From IMG/VR virus record IMGVR_UViG_3300046373_000092, positions 18,066 through 82,065 of that record: a DNA stretch of 64,000 nucleotides. One strand, given 5' to 3'. The stretch comes from a virus. Position numbers and translations under genes: made by a program. Of the stretch, positions 38,820 to 47,677 are shown piece after piece; position 1 is the stretch's first letter; every line of letters starts with the position of its first letter. The notes below the pieces were generated by a model, which ran no database searches, was not told the origin of the DNA, and saw only the letters and a list, made by a program, of their open reading frames with translations.

Positions 38820-39328
38820 ATATGTCTCCAAATCTCTCTTCTAACTAATTTTCCAACGTGCTTATATTGAAGATTCATTTTGGTAGCGATGTCTCTCTTG
38901 GACATTCCCTCTTCGTGGAGTTTTCTAACCTCCAAAACAATCTCATTAGTAACTATAGAATCTGGGTGCTGTTCTCCTTGGACGTGTGGTATAAACATCC
39001 TTCCTTGTTTAAGGCAGTGATCCATGTTCATTTTTCTAGTACACCACTGAAGATTATCAAATCTATTGTTTAAAGGATTATTATCGATATGATTAATCTC
39101 TTTATAATTATTCATATTAGAAATAAAATGCTTAGCTACTAATTGATGCACTCTCCATTCAACAGCCTTCCCATCTTTTCTAAGAGCCACCTGCTCATAG
39201 CCTTTTTTAGTAATTCTCGCTTTTAAAAATTTATTACTTTTCAAGCTAAACAGTCTTCCTAGATTTGAAATTTCATACCCAGAAAAACCATTTACAGCCT
39301 TAAATATTTCCCCACTAAAACAAGTCAT
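38816..39328 (-). CDS. NUMOD4-HNH homing endonuclease
   Basis: 'GYEISNLGRL', 'VHQLVAKHF', 'INHIDNNPLNNRFDNLQWCT..NMDH'. Confidence 0.9.
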   Translation of the reverse strand: MTCFSGEIFKAVNGFSGYEISNLGRLFSLKSNKFLKARITKKGYEQVALRKDGKAVEWRVHQLVAKHFISNMNNYKEINHIDNNPLNNRFDNLQWCTRKMNMDHCLKQGRMFIPHVQGEQHPDSIVTNEIVLEVRKLHEEGMSKRDIATKMNLQYKHVGKLVRREIWRHI

Positions 39329-41267
39329 TATCTGCCTTTTTCTTATTTGCCTTCTGTACTCTCAATTCCTCTAAATTAATCTTCTCTATAGCCTCTAACT
39401 CTCGGATACTTCCAGTTACTCCATCCCAGGCAAAATCGAGAGAAAACATAGCTCCATGTCGATTTTTTAGACAATCGAGGGAATAGTACTTATCATTTTC
39501 GAATGTTCTAGGGCTGGCTCCAGGTCTTGAAACCCAGAGCATAGCATTCGATAGCTCAGCAAGTGCTCCAGACCCCTTAAAAGCAGCGTATGTTTCCGCA
39601 GGTTCATCCATTCTTTGGTTAGCTTTGTTTGGCTGTCCAAGAAATACAACACACTTACGAAGTGCTGAAGCTATCTCTTTTAGCCCCTGAACAGAGTACA
39701 TTGAGCGTTGAGTAGGGTCGCTGTAGTCGGACCTAATCAAGTCTAAGTAGTCTACTAAAATAAATTTAATGTCTGTGCCAAGAGCTTGTTCTGTTCTGAT
39801 AATTCTATCTTTCATCTCTTCGATGGACATTCCGGCGGAACGAACAAAATTAACGTTGCTGTAATTTTCCGCAAGACAGAGTCTGAATTTCTCTCTCCAA
39901 GACGGATCTTCCATTCTAGTATAAACTTCCTTAGCAGAAATTTTATAATGCTTTTGAATTAGCTTTTGATAAACATCTTCTAAAGACATGTCGAAAGAAA
40001 AGAACATACTGTTAACAGCTTGCTTAGAAGTATTGTTTAGTAGCTGAAGAGATAGCGAGGTCTTCCCAGAACCAGGGCTACCTCCAATTGCATACACTCT
40101 TCCTACTTGCGCTTCCAGAGCTGCATCCAAAGATTTAATCCCGAATTCCAATCTGTTTTTGCCGATATTAGCAGCGTAGTCCTCAAAAATGTTTCCAACT
40201 TGTTCTACTGAAATAACATCTTCTTTTGACTTCACAATGTGTTTAGCTGGGATGCTTGCCGCTAACGACATCAGTAGTTCGTCTGACTTCTCAGAGTAAG
40301 TGCCGCCGTTCCAGCTCGGACTGTAAACTTGACGAATAATGTTACTCCAAATCTCAGACTTTGGAAATTTATCACACCCCATTAGTAAGGATTGTTTTTC
40401 CATTGCTGATTTAATTAAGTAATACGCCTTATTCTCGTCATATCCAAGGTTACGATAAGTAGAGGCTAAGATCATTCCTGCGTGAGAACGAGATCCAGCC
40501 GGGAAGAAACCCAACTCTACTAGCCATTTAGCTGGAGATAAGTCTGTGGGCTTTTTAGTCCAATCAACGTCATTGATGTTAATTACTGTAACTTCTTTTA
40601 GGGGCTTCACAGAGGGAGTTTTTGCCTTTAAATCCTTCATTAGCGTAGTAAGCTTAACTGGAGCCCATGCGTCTTTAATAGCTGAATACTCCAGCTCTTG
40701 CTTTGCTACTTCCGCAATTTCAGTTGCCGATAGTGTGCGAAGATCCTCAACTCCCAACGGATATTTAAATAATCCGGATTTCTGGTGTTTTGTGAGGGGC
40801 AATCTAAAAATGCGAGTGGCGTTGTATATTTTAGAATCTACAGTGGTCAGTCCTTCTGCAATGTTCATGCAAATATTTTTTGTTTCGGATGGCGTTAAAC
40901 GTTCTCCGTCAAGTTGCACAGACACTTCAAATCCTTTATTTCCGCTAAAGAAAATACGAATGTTCTCTTCTGTGTAGCCCTGAGACTGAAGCCTCTTAAC
41001 AAGCTCTACCGCGTCGATACGAGCCTCTTCAACGTGCTTCTCACTGTCGAAGTCCCATGTTAACTTGTCAGTCGTTACGTCGGTCATCCCAGCTACAGAT
41101 CCAGTAGTTTGGAATGTTTTGAATTGGGCATCGTTAAAATAGAATAAGGAAGTGTAGGCATCCTTGTTTTTGTTTAGTGATTTATACACGCCAGTAAGGT
41201 CGTTGCCAATTACTGGAATTAAAGTACCTTTATCTGCTAAGTCTTTGCAAAGTCTGATGTAATCCAT
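39315..41267 (-). CDS. Fused AEP-type primase and DnaB/RecA-fold helicase
   Basis: 'WDFD', 'SGNKGF', 'RIFRLP'; Walker A 'GSPGSGKT', 'LVDYLD', 'KNRHG'. Confidence 0.9.
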   Translation of the reverse strand: MDYIRLCKDLADKGTLIPVIGNDLTGVYKSLNKNKDAYTSLFYFNDAQFKTFQTTGSVAGMTDVTTDKLTWDFDSEKHVEEARIDAVELVKRLQSQGYTEENIRIFFSGNKGFEVSVQLDGERLTPSETKNICMNIAEGLTTVDSKIYNATRIFRLPLTKHQKSGLFKYPLGVEDLRTLSATEIAEVAKQELEYSAIKDAWAPVKLTTLMKDLKAKTPSVKPLKEVTVININDVDWTKKPTDLSPAKWLVELGFFPAGSRSHAGMILASTYRNLGYDENKAYYLIKSAMEKQSLLMGCDKFPKSEIWSNIIRQVYSPSWNGGTYSEKSDELLMSLAASIPAKHIVKSKEDVISVEQVGNIFEDYAANIGKNRLEFGIKSLDAALEAQVGRVYAIGGSPGSGKTSLSLQLLNNTSKQAVNSMFFSFDMSLEDVYQKLIQKHYKISAKEVYTRMEDPSWREKFRLCLAENYSNVNFVRSAGMSIEEMKDRIIRTEQALGTDIKFILVDYLDLIRSDYSDPTQRSMYSVQGLKEIASALRKCVVFLGQPNKANQRMDEPAETYAAFKGSGALAELSNAMLWVSRPGASPRTFENDKYYSLDCLKNRHGAMFSLDFAWDGVTGSIRELEAIEKINLEELRVQKANKKKADNDLF

Positions 41268-41455
41268 TTTATTTTATCCTCTAGTAATGTTTGAAATATG
41301 TCTGATTGAAAAATTCTCTTAGTAATAACTGTATAATTTGTTCTGTCTCCGAACCATCGGTGAGCTTTGGTAAACTGGATGCCCTCTCGGTGCCCAATCT
41401 CCAGCAAAGTTTCTAAAAAATTAGGATAGATCAGCTCATGTGGATTTCTTTTCAT
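41237..41455 (-). CDS. SxxxxEL family member
   Basis: MKRNP...ITKRIFQSDIFQTLLED. Confidence 0.6.
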   Translation of the reverse strand: MKRNPHELIYPNFLETLLEIGHREGIQFTKAHRWFGDRTNYTVITKRIFQSDIFQTLLEDKIKWITSDFAKT

Positions 41456-41645
41456 TTAGTAATTCCTGAAAAATTTCAGTAAAGAATACTCTTTTGCAAA
41501 TAGCGGCTCTGTCCCAAACGCGATAATTATGAGTCGAGAATGTCCACCCACTCCACCAAGTAGTTTTTTTAACTAAAACTCTGTCCAAGAAGTCGGAATT
41601 AACTTTATCCCCGTCTTTTAATTTATAACCGGTGTATTTCAGCAC
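41436..41645 (-). CDS. SxxxxEL family member
   Basis: ...KLKDGDKV...ICKRVFFTEIFQELLNE. Confidence 0.65.
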   Translation of the reverse strand: MLKYTGYKLKDGDKVNSDFLDRVLVKKTTWWSGWTFSTHNYRVWDRAAICKRVFFTEIFQELLNEKKST

Positions 41646-41938
41646 AACAATTCTCCAATTAAATCAGAAGTAGTAACTGTTAATTTTACGTTCACTGGAG
41701 TAAACTTTCCGATCCAAATGTTAGTAATAATCTTGCCAATATAAGATCCAATAAAATTGGCATCACTACAAGCTTGATACGGGATACTTTGCGTTTGCAT
41801 TTTTCTAGTAGTCATGTTTTGTATTGTTAACTGTATGTAATAACTCTCTTGCCGATCTGTAAGATGTATTCGATACAAATCCCCCCTAAAGTATATGGGA
41901 TCTTGGAATTCACGAAGCGCATTGATAATGACACCCAT
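41639..41938 (-). CDS. 99-aa protein ending in the family motif
   Basis: ...VKLTVTTSDLIGELLC. Confidence 0.55.
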   Translation of the reverse strand: MGVIINALREFQDPIYFRGDLYRIHLTDRQESYYIQLTIQNMTTRKMQTQSIPYQACSDANFIGSYIGKIITNIWIGKFTPVNVKLTVTTSDLIGELLC

Positions 41939-41940
41939 TA

Positions 41941-43113
41941 CTAAGTTCCATACTCGTTAATGAAGATCTTTCTTCCCCAAGGAATTCCGTCCCAAGTGTG
42001 CTTTCCGATAATTGTCCAAAGAGTGGGCAGATTGCTTTTGGGAACTTCCTCGTAGAAGTCTCCGTCGGTAAAACAGACAATAACATCAGCTCCCAATTCT
42101 TCGGCTTTCTTAAATCCCGGAGACATTACTGTCCCTCCACGACCCTGAATTTCAGGCTTCATTCTAGGATTAAACTCTCTCACGTTCTGAACATCACTGT
42201 CACACTCAATAAGAGTAATTTGCATGTTGGGGTAGAACTGTTGAAGTTTAGCCATTTCGCTCCAGCCCTGGGCTAGATATTCATCTGACATAGACCCTGA
42301 AGTATCGAGTAGGAAAGCTAAGTGCATCTCCCATTCTTTCTTTTTACCGGCAAACATCGTCCCGTAACGTCTGTTACGCTTCTTGCGAGAGCCTGTTCTA
42401 GTAAAGTTAACTGCATTGTTTACAAATTTTCTCAGCTCAGACTTCCAATTGATTTTAGAAGCAAAGAGCTGGTCCAAGATTACTGAAAGACCGTTAGACA
42501 TGTTCCCAGCTCCTCCAGCAGCATCCGAAGCCTTTTTAGCGGCTTTCTTTACGAGGTGCTCTTTGTAGGCTTGAGAGATATCTTTTCCATCTGATTCTTC
42601 CCAAACGTCGTGATCATCAAATTGATCTCCAGCTCCAGACTCATCAAACTTGTCCTGACATTTTTCGATGATGCGAGCATAGTAGTCGAATGACTGTAGA
42701 GCTTGGATAGAAGACGGTTCCACGAACTCAGAACAAGCCTCGCGGAACCTAGCAAGAGTGACGCCGCCGATTTCATCAACCGACTCCTCAATTCCTTCCA
42801 TTTGATTAATAGTACAATCCATCGCAATGTTTTTTTGCTTGTGAGTAAGCTTGTCGAAATCCATGCGATCTTTAGAGAGGGTGCAATGATTTAGAATCAA
42901 GTGAAGACACTCATGTTTTAAAATGTCTTCTTGCTGCTTATTAGTCTTAGAATCGAACCATTCGCTGTTAACATACAGATTGATTTGATCTGTTACACTT
43001 ACTCCCAGAGTAGGGCATTTAGTAGTGTAAACACGACGACAACTTTGCAAAATTGAAGCGTAGAAAATATTTTGAGACATAATAAGTCTTGAGATAGCTG
43101 ATTCTAATGACAT
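41941..43113 (-). CDS. HExxH metallopeptidase-like plus vWA domain protein (DUF2201-type; start revised to MSLES)
   Basis: 'KHECLH', 'NIAMDCTINQ', MIDAS 'DTSGSM', 'GRGGT', 'FTDG'; GAGG SD. Confidence 0.85.
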   Translation of the reverse strand: MSLESAISRLIMSQNIFYASILQSCRRVYTTKCPTLGVSVTDQINLYVNSEWFDSKTNKQQEDILKHECLHLILNHCTLSKDRMDFDKLTHKQKNIAMDCTINQMEGIEESVDEIGGVTLARFREACSEFVEPSSIQALQSFDYYARIIEKCQDKFDESGAGDQFDDHDVWEESDGKDISQAYKEHLVKKAAKKASDAAGGAGNMSNGLSVILDQLFASKINWKSELRKFVNNAVNFTRTGSRKKRNRRYGTMFAGKKKEWEMHLAFLLDTSGSMSDEYLAQGWSEMAKLQQFYPNMQITLIECDSDVQNVREFNPRMKPEIQGRGGTVMSPGFKKAEELGADVIVCFTDGDFYEEVPKSNLPTLWTIIGKHTWDGIPWGRKIFINEYGT

Positions 43114-43248
43114 AAACACCCTCATGTTATTTATAGAGACAGTTGCAGTGCTTGCAATTTTTAAGATCCTTGAACCAACGAAATTTACCGTCGTGCGAAT
43201 GGAGCCCAAAAAAGCAAGCTATTAATTGAATCAATTTATCCTGATCCA

Positions 43249-44358
43249 CTACTTGCTTTCTTCAGTAAGCGAAGATTGAACTTTCTCAACAACTCCAGCA
43301 GCCTTTTGTTGCTTCACAAGGTTTAGCAATCTGTCGTTCTTATTTAAGAATCCTTCGATAACGATGTCGTCATTAATAAAGTTTTCAACTTTGATTAAGT
43401 TAAACAAATTCGCAATAGCCAAGTCACCTGGAATAGCTAGTAGGAATTCATTTACCTGGGCAACGTTGTGTTCAGTGATGATTGTTGTTTCCAACGCTAG
43501 AAGCGCCATAAGCTCTTCTGAAGCAAGAGAAAGCATCGGCATGTTGTGCTGAGCTACTAGATCCTTAACATTGTTAAAGTCGCGCAACATAGCTTCAACG
43601 TCAATTTTCTTAGGCTTTTCACGAACGTATGACTCGAAAGCTGCCGCAGCTTCAGATCCTACCATTCCTTGCCCAATTTCGAATCTAATAGACTCCGGCA
43701 ATCCTAAATTGATTAGGGATTGAAATCTAATTGCAGAACGTCTAGACGGCTTGATGTCTGCGTAGCTTAGAGGTGCTAAGTCCTGCTCGATCATGTTCTT
43801 GTGTTCTTGTAGGAACGAAATGAAGTCTCCGTTAGTTGTAGACTTTGCGTACGAGATGAACTCTTCTTTAGAAGGTTCGAAGTTGATGTGGCAAAATCTG
43901 TCTGAGAAAGCTGGGTCAGTGAGGTCTAGTACCGAGTAGTCCCCGTTTGGTGGGTTCATCGCTGCGATGACCTTAGTATTTACAAGCTTGTGCGGTCCAA
44001 GTTGAGAGCCCGTCTCTACTGCCTGGAAAATAGCTTGGATCAAATCTTTATGTGATCTATTTACTTCGTCGAAAAATAGGATGGTTTCTTGTTCCTCAGA
44101 ACCATTTAAAAACTCAGGAGCAGCAAAAACAGTGTTGATAGCTCTGCCCGCGTCATTTCTAACGAAGTCAGCTAGACCAATTAAGTCACCTGCGTCAGAA
44201 AGTTGCCCAAGACGGATAACTACTAGACGAGATCCCCTAGCCTGCGCAATTTGCTCTACTACAGTAGTCTTTCCTACGCCGTGGTACCCGCGAAGTAATG
44301 GTGTGATTTTTGCTTTGAAAAGAAAGTCTACTGCTGTTGTAATGTCTGAAATCTTCAT
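43249..44358 (-). CDS. MoxR-type AAA+ ATPase
   Basis: 'GYHGVGKT', 'DLIGL', 'FFDEVNRS', 'AAMNP', 'DPAFSDRF'. Confidence 0.9.
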   Translation of the reverse strand: MKISDITTAVDFLFKAKITPLLRGYHGVGKTTVVEQIAQARGSRLVVIRLGQLSDAGDLIGLADFVRNDAGRAINTVFAAPEFLNGSEEQETILFFDEVNRSHKDLIQAIFQAVETGSQLGPHKLVNTKVIAAMNPPNGDYSVLDLTDPAFSDRFCHINFEPSKEEFISYAKSTTNGDFISFLQEHKNMIEQDLAPLSYADIKPSRRSAIRFQSLINLGLPESIRFEIGQGMVGSEAAAAFESYVREKPKKIDVEAMLRDFNNVKDLVAQHNMPMLSLASEELMALLALETTIITEHNVAQVNEFLLAIPGDLAIANLFNLIKVENFINDDIVIEGFLNKNDRLLNLVKQQKAAGVVEKVQSSLTEESK

Positions 44359-44405
44359 TATCCCTCCTGGAATATTTTATTGTAGGAAACCTTGTCCTGG
44401 TTAAA

Positions 44406-44434
44406 TTTATAGCACAGCGTTAATTATTTGTCAA
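44406..44434 (-). promoter_or_regulatory. Sigma70-type promoter for the AAA/vWA genes
   Basis: TTGACA-17-TATAAA with extended TG. Confidence 0.75.
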
Positions 44435-44600
44435 GCGAAAATAATTCTTTTATTAAAGCAGAATTTCTTGTGTCATATTTAATTAAATATGCTCCCGGAT
44501 CGGAGCCAACGTTGGCTATTCCATTTTCATCCACTAGAAATGAACCATCATATTCTAAATGATCAATCCAAAAAACATAGTCTCCAATTTCAATTTTCAT
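44424..44600 (-). CDS. SxxxxEL family member (58 aa, not in the track)
   Basis: MKIEIGDYV...LIKYDTRNSALIKELFSLDK. Confidence 0.7.
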   Translation of the reverse strand: MKIEIGDYVFWIDHLEYDGSFLVDENGIANVGSDPGAYLIKYDTRNSALIKELFSLDK

Positions 44601-44786
44601 AAAAACAATCCCATTATTACTGCAGATTTCAATGCAACTACTCTAACGGGCTGTGTTTGTTCTATACCGTATAAGTCCGAGGCGCGCATCTGCCACCTCG
44701 ATCTACTGGTTTCATAGAAGTCTCGGAGTTCTTCCGCAGAATCATGATATAGCCCCCCAGCACCAGTCTCCAACTTTAATCTTCAT
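44597..44786 (-). pseudogene. Frameshifted family member (one extra base in a G6 run at 44753-44758)
   Basis: MKIKVGDWCW and ...VRVVALKSAVIMGLFL lie in different frames; the span is 190 nt. Confidence 0.65.
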
Positions 44787-44937
44787 CTAGCAACTCCTGA
44801 AAAATTACAGACTCGTAAACAGTAACTCTAATGTGAAAATAATCCTCGTGCTTTTGAAAATTAAATCCTCCGTGATGTTTCCAATAAAGATCAACAGGAG
44901 TCTTATAGTAGAATGGCTTGGATATATCAATTTTCAT
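44776..44937 (-). CDS. SxxxxEL family member (53 aa, not in the track)
   Basis: MKIDISKPFY...IRVTVYESVIFQELLDED. Confidence 0.7.
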   Translation of the reverse strand: MKIDISKPFYYKTPVDLYWKHHGGFNFQKHEDYFHIRVTVYESVIFQELLDED

Positions 44938-44941
44938 CTAG

Positions 44942-45103
44942 CTAACTCCTGTAGCAGCGAAGAGCAGAAATTTTTACCACCGGCAGGTGTTTTGAAAAAA
45001 CATTATTCATGGGAAGTATCCAGCCGGAGCTTTTAGCAACGCTAGCTCTTATATCAATTAAGTTTCGGTAATACCAACATGAGTCACCTGGTTTAGCTTT
45101 CAC
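44942..45103 (-). pseudogene. Family member with a 7-nt deletion in the conserved motif
   Basis: MKAKPGDSCWYY...VKISALR, then a shift; LQELAR continues in another frame; paralog of 45093..45269. Confidence 0.6.
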
Positions 45104-45269
45104 ACGCCAACTCCTGTAATAGTTCAGAACGCATAGCTATTATTTTTACAAAGGGGTAAGCAAGGGGTAACGGCTTTTTCAGTACCCATCCAGCTTTATT
45201 GTTAGTACTTTGCCTAATATCAAGAGTACTGGCGTAATACCAACACAAATCACCAGTTTTAGCTTTCAT
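45093..45269 (-). CDS. SxxxxEL family member
   Basis: GGAG SD; MKAKTGDLCWYY...VKIIAMRSELLQELACES. Confidence 0.7.
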   Translation of the reverse strand: MKAKTGDLCWYYASTLDIRQSTNNKAGWVLKKPLPLAYPFVKIIAMRSELLQELACES

Positions 45270-45385
45270 CTTTACTCCAATAAAACAGTTAGTAGCATAA
45301 TCCCAATCCATAGGAAAAATAACGTCATAAGCACCTCTTGTGTTTTTAGTAGTATAAACTAAAAACAATAGGATGCAAGTGGAAA

Positions 45386-45565
45386 TTACTTCGGAGACTG
45401 AGGAAGCAAAGCCTCTAATATATCTGACTCAACACTGTCTACTCTAATTCTAAATCTATTTGGTAAGAAGCTGGAACTCCCTTTAAATGTGCGCACCCAA
45501 TAAATAGGATGAAAGCAATCTTCCCACAGGCTGTAGTAGTGGAAGTGTCCCTGTTTAAGCTTCAT
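45386..45565 (-). CDS. SxxxxEL family member
   Basis: MKLKQGH...IRVDSVESDILEALL. Confidence 0.7.
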   Translation of the reverse strand: MKLKQGHFHYYSLWEDCFHPIYWVRTFKGSSSFLPNRFRIRVDSVESDILEALLPQSPK

Positions 45566-45765
45566 TTGAATGCTCTCCAAATTTCTGCGTTAACAGCATC
45601 TACTCTAATTACAAAGTTTCCTGCCGTGTACGAAAGAATCAGATCTTGAAAACGGACTCCATAGCGATAAGAGCCCCTATTTCTATAGCCCGCACTGTAA
45701 GATATCCAAGCACAACCTCTCTGAGAAGATAGAATTACGCACTTGTCTGTTGGTCTAATTTTCAT
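45562..45765 (-). CDS. SxxxxEL family member
   Basis: MKIRPTDKCV...IRVDAVNAEIWRAFK. Confidence 0.65.
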   Translation of the reverse strand: MKIRPTDKCVILSSQRGCAWISYSAGYRNRGSYRYGVRFQDLILSYTAGNFVIRVDAVNAEIWRAFK

Positions 45766-45842
45766 CCTACAAACTCACGCCTAATGAATAACTCTTCTGT
45801 ACAAAATATAATATAATATGGCTCCATACTCACCTCCAGCAC

Positions 45843-45870
45843 AGTATAGCACAATTATGCCGTATGTCAA
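45843..45870 (-). promoter_or_regulatory. Sigma70-type promoter upstream of a family cluster
   Basis: TTGACA-16-TATACT with extended TG. Confidence 0.65.
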
Positions 45871-45872
45871 TT

Positions 45873-45895
45873 AAAAAAGCCCTCTTTCGAGGGCT
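45873..45895 (-). terminator. Intrinsic terminator
   Basis: AGCCCTC-GAAA-GAGGGCT followed by a T-run. Confidence 0.8.
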
Positions 45896-45899
45896 ATGC

Positions 45900-46088
45900 T
45901 TAACGTGAAGTAGAAACTTTTTTCTTGACAGCCTCGACGTCTTCCATGGTGAAGACATACGACCCAGTTACAAGTTCAATCATAGTAGCGTATCTTCCAT
46001 ACTGAGTGTCTTTTCCGACTTTTACAACATGATTAACGTTTAGTGCAATGATTTGTTCGTCTTTGGTATCTTGTATTTCTATAAACAT
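45900..46088 (-). CDS. FlbD/SwrD-like small protein
   Basis: 'MFIEI...IALNVNHVVKV...TMIELVTGSYVFTMEDVEAV' pattern. Confidence 0.45.
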   Translation of the reverse strand: MFIEIQDTKDEQIIALNVNHVVKVGKDTQYGRYATMIELVTGSYVFTMEDVEAVKKKVSTSR

Positions 46089-46089
46089 A

Positions 46090-46314
46090 TTACCCGACCT
46101 CCTCTTGACCTGATGTTTGGGTTGAATAGAGAGCCGCCAGTTCCTTCAGTCTATTCGATTCCTTTTCATCTAGTTTTTCGACTAAAACCTCGGCTATCAT
46201 GATGGCGGACTCAATAGCTTCTCTAGTCGCAGCTACATCATATGAGTTTGGATATGTCTTAGATAAGAGAGCAGTTGCGATTTTTTCAATTCTTATTTTG
46301 TCATATGGTTTCAT
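46090..46314 (-). CDS. Hypothetical protein
   Basis: 'IATALLS...ESAIMIAEVLVEKL' recurrent phage motif. Confidence 0.55.
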   Translation of the reverse strand: MKPYDKIRIEKIATALLSKTYPNSYDVAATREAIESAIMIAEVLVEKLDEKESNRLKELAALYSTQTSGQEEVG

Positions 46315-46316
46315 AA

Positions 46317-46577
46317 TTACTTCCCCTGAACTAATGTAGCTCGTCTTTTAACGTAAGATGGGATGTTATCTCTCTCTTCGATAAGTTTATCCACATCATC
46401 TACTCTACCAGACTCGATCATTCTATCGTACTTTAACTTAGGGTCGTCTAGTCTAATTGTGTCGCCTGAATTAATAGTAACTGCAGATCCATTTTTCTTG
46501 TTGATGTAGACTTTAAGGTAAAGACTTCCATCTTCGTTTGCGCGTAGTTCGCCGATCTCTGTGTACGTTTTAGCCAT
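46317..46577 (-). CDS. Small protein next to ERF, possibly ssDNA-binding (start MAKTY)
   Basis: AAGGAG SD; position next to the annealing protein. Confidence 0.45.
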   Translation of the reverse strand: MAKTYTEIGELRANEDGSLYLKVYINKKNGSAVTINSGDTIRLDDPKLKYDRMIESGRVDDVDKLIEERDNIPSYVKRRATLVQGK

Positions 46578-46616
46578 TTCTCTCTCCTTGAGGTTACGTT
46601 CCCGTAGGAACGACAA

Positions 46617-47174
46617 TTATAATTCGATGTCAGTATTTGATTTTGCTGGAGTTGTTGCTTTCGGAGCAAACTTACCAGTCTTTTTTTCAGTAGGTGCTGC
46701 AGCCTGTGCTTCTTTAAATTGCTCAGTAATGGACTTAGGTTTAACCGGCTCTGCTTTAGGAGATTGCCCCACTACTCCTCTTCCTACGGCACTTTCCGCA
46801 TCGTCGTCCACAGAAGCCAGGTTAGCTAACGATTGTAGCCCATATCGTCTAGCATAACTTATTCCTGTTCCCTCCGCCTGCGGATTATTTTGTTTTTCAA
46901 CTTTAATCTCTGTAAGGGATGAGATAAACTCTCCCGATTCGTGAAGTAGAATTGTATTTACATAGTTTTTTCCGTCAACAACTACTGTAGGCTGTAGTAC
47001 TGAAATTCCAGCATCATTAAAAGCCGGAACGCAAGCCTCTCTGACAGAGTTTAAGTCTGAAAAGTTGCTCTTAAAATGAGGGTTGTACCCATTTTTCTCT
47101 ACTTTACCAGTCATAGCTCTTTGAGCTTTAAGTAGGGCTGGGGCAATTTTAGATATAGATTCGCTTGTTCTCAT
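46617..47174 (-). CDS. erf: ERF-family ssDNA annealing protein
   Basis: 'NPHFKSNFSDL', 'TILLHESGEF', 'PQAEGTGISYARRYGL', 'DDDAE'. Confidence 0.9.
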   Translation of the reverse strand: MRTSESISKIAPALLKAQRAMTGKVEKNGYNPHFKSNFSDLNSVREACVPAFNDAGISVLQPTVVVDGKNYVNTILLHESGEFISSLTEIKVEKQNNPQAEGTGISYARRYGLQSLANLASVDDDAESAVGRGVVGQSPKAEPVKPKSITEQFKEAQAAAPTEKKTGKFAPKATTPAKSNTDIEL

Positions 47175-47205
47175 ATTTTTCTCCGTTTGTTAATGACTTG
47201 TGTTA

Positions 47206-47234
47206 TTTATAGCAGGAACAACAAAGTACGTCAA
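47206..47234 (-). promoter_or_regulatory. Sigma70-type promoter
   Basis: TTGACG-17-TATAAA with extended TG. Confidence 0.65.
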
Positions 47235-47246
47235 TTAGTGTGTAAA

Positions 47247-47498
47247 TTATTCTCTAAAGTCTATAATGATAGTATCTTTGATTCTTATAAACCCCATTCT
47301 ATCGTATACGTTTAGAACAAGTTTGTTCAGGACCTCGTTAAAATTTCCCAGAAGTAGGATGTCTGTCGGCAAAACTATTTCGTCGACATTTAATCCGTAA
47401 ACTTTCCACTCATTAAAAGTAATGTCTTTAATTACTAACGTAGTATGTTCTCTTCTGTATAATTCATGTGTTATTTTATTTTTCATAATTATTGCCAC
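47247..47498 (-). CDS. Hypothetical protein
   Basis: AGGGGA SD before GTG. Confidence 0.5.
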   Translation of the reverse strand: MAIIMKNKITHELYRREHTTLVIKDITFNEWKVYGLNVDEIVLPTDILLLGNFNEVLNKLVLNVYDRMGFIRIKDTIIIDFRE

Positions 47499-47677
47499 TC
47501 CCCTAGTTTTGTCTTTAGACGTCTGTAAATAATAGCATCGAAAATAATTATTCCGCCAATAAAAATTCTATCTAGAGTCGTGAATTGAGAAACTCCAGAA
47601 GCTATTAATAGCCCTAGTAGTATTGCAGAATAAAAACTTGCTTTAACCATAAAAACTCCTGCTATTCTTTTTTTTAA

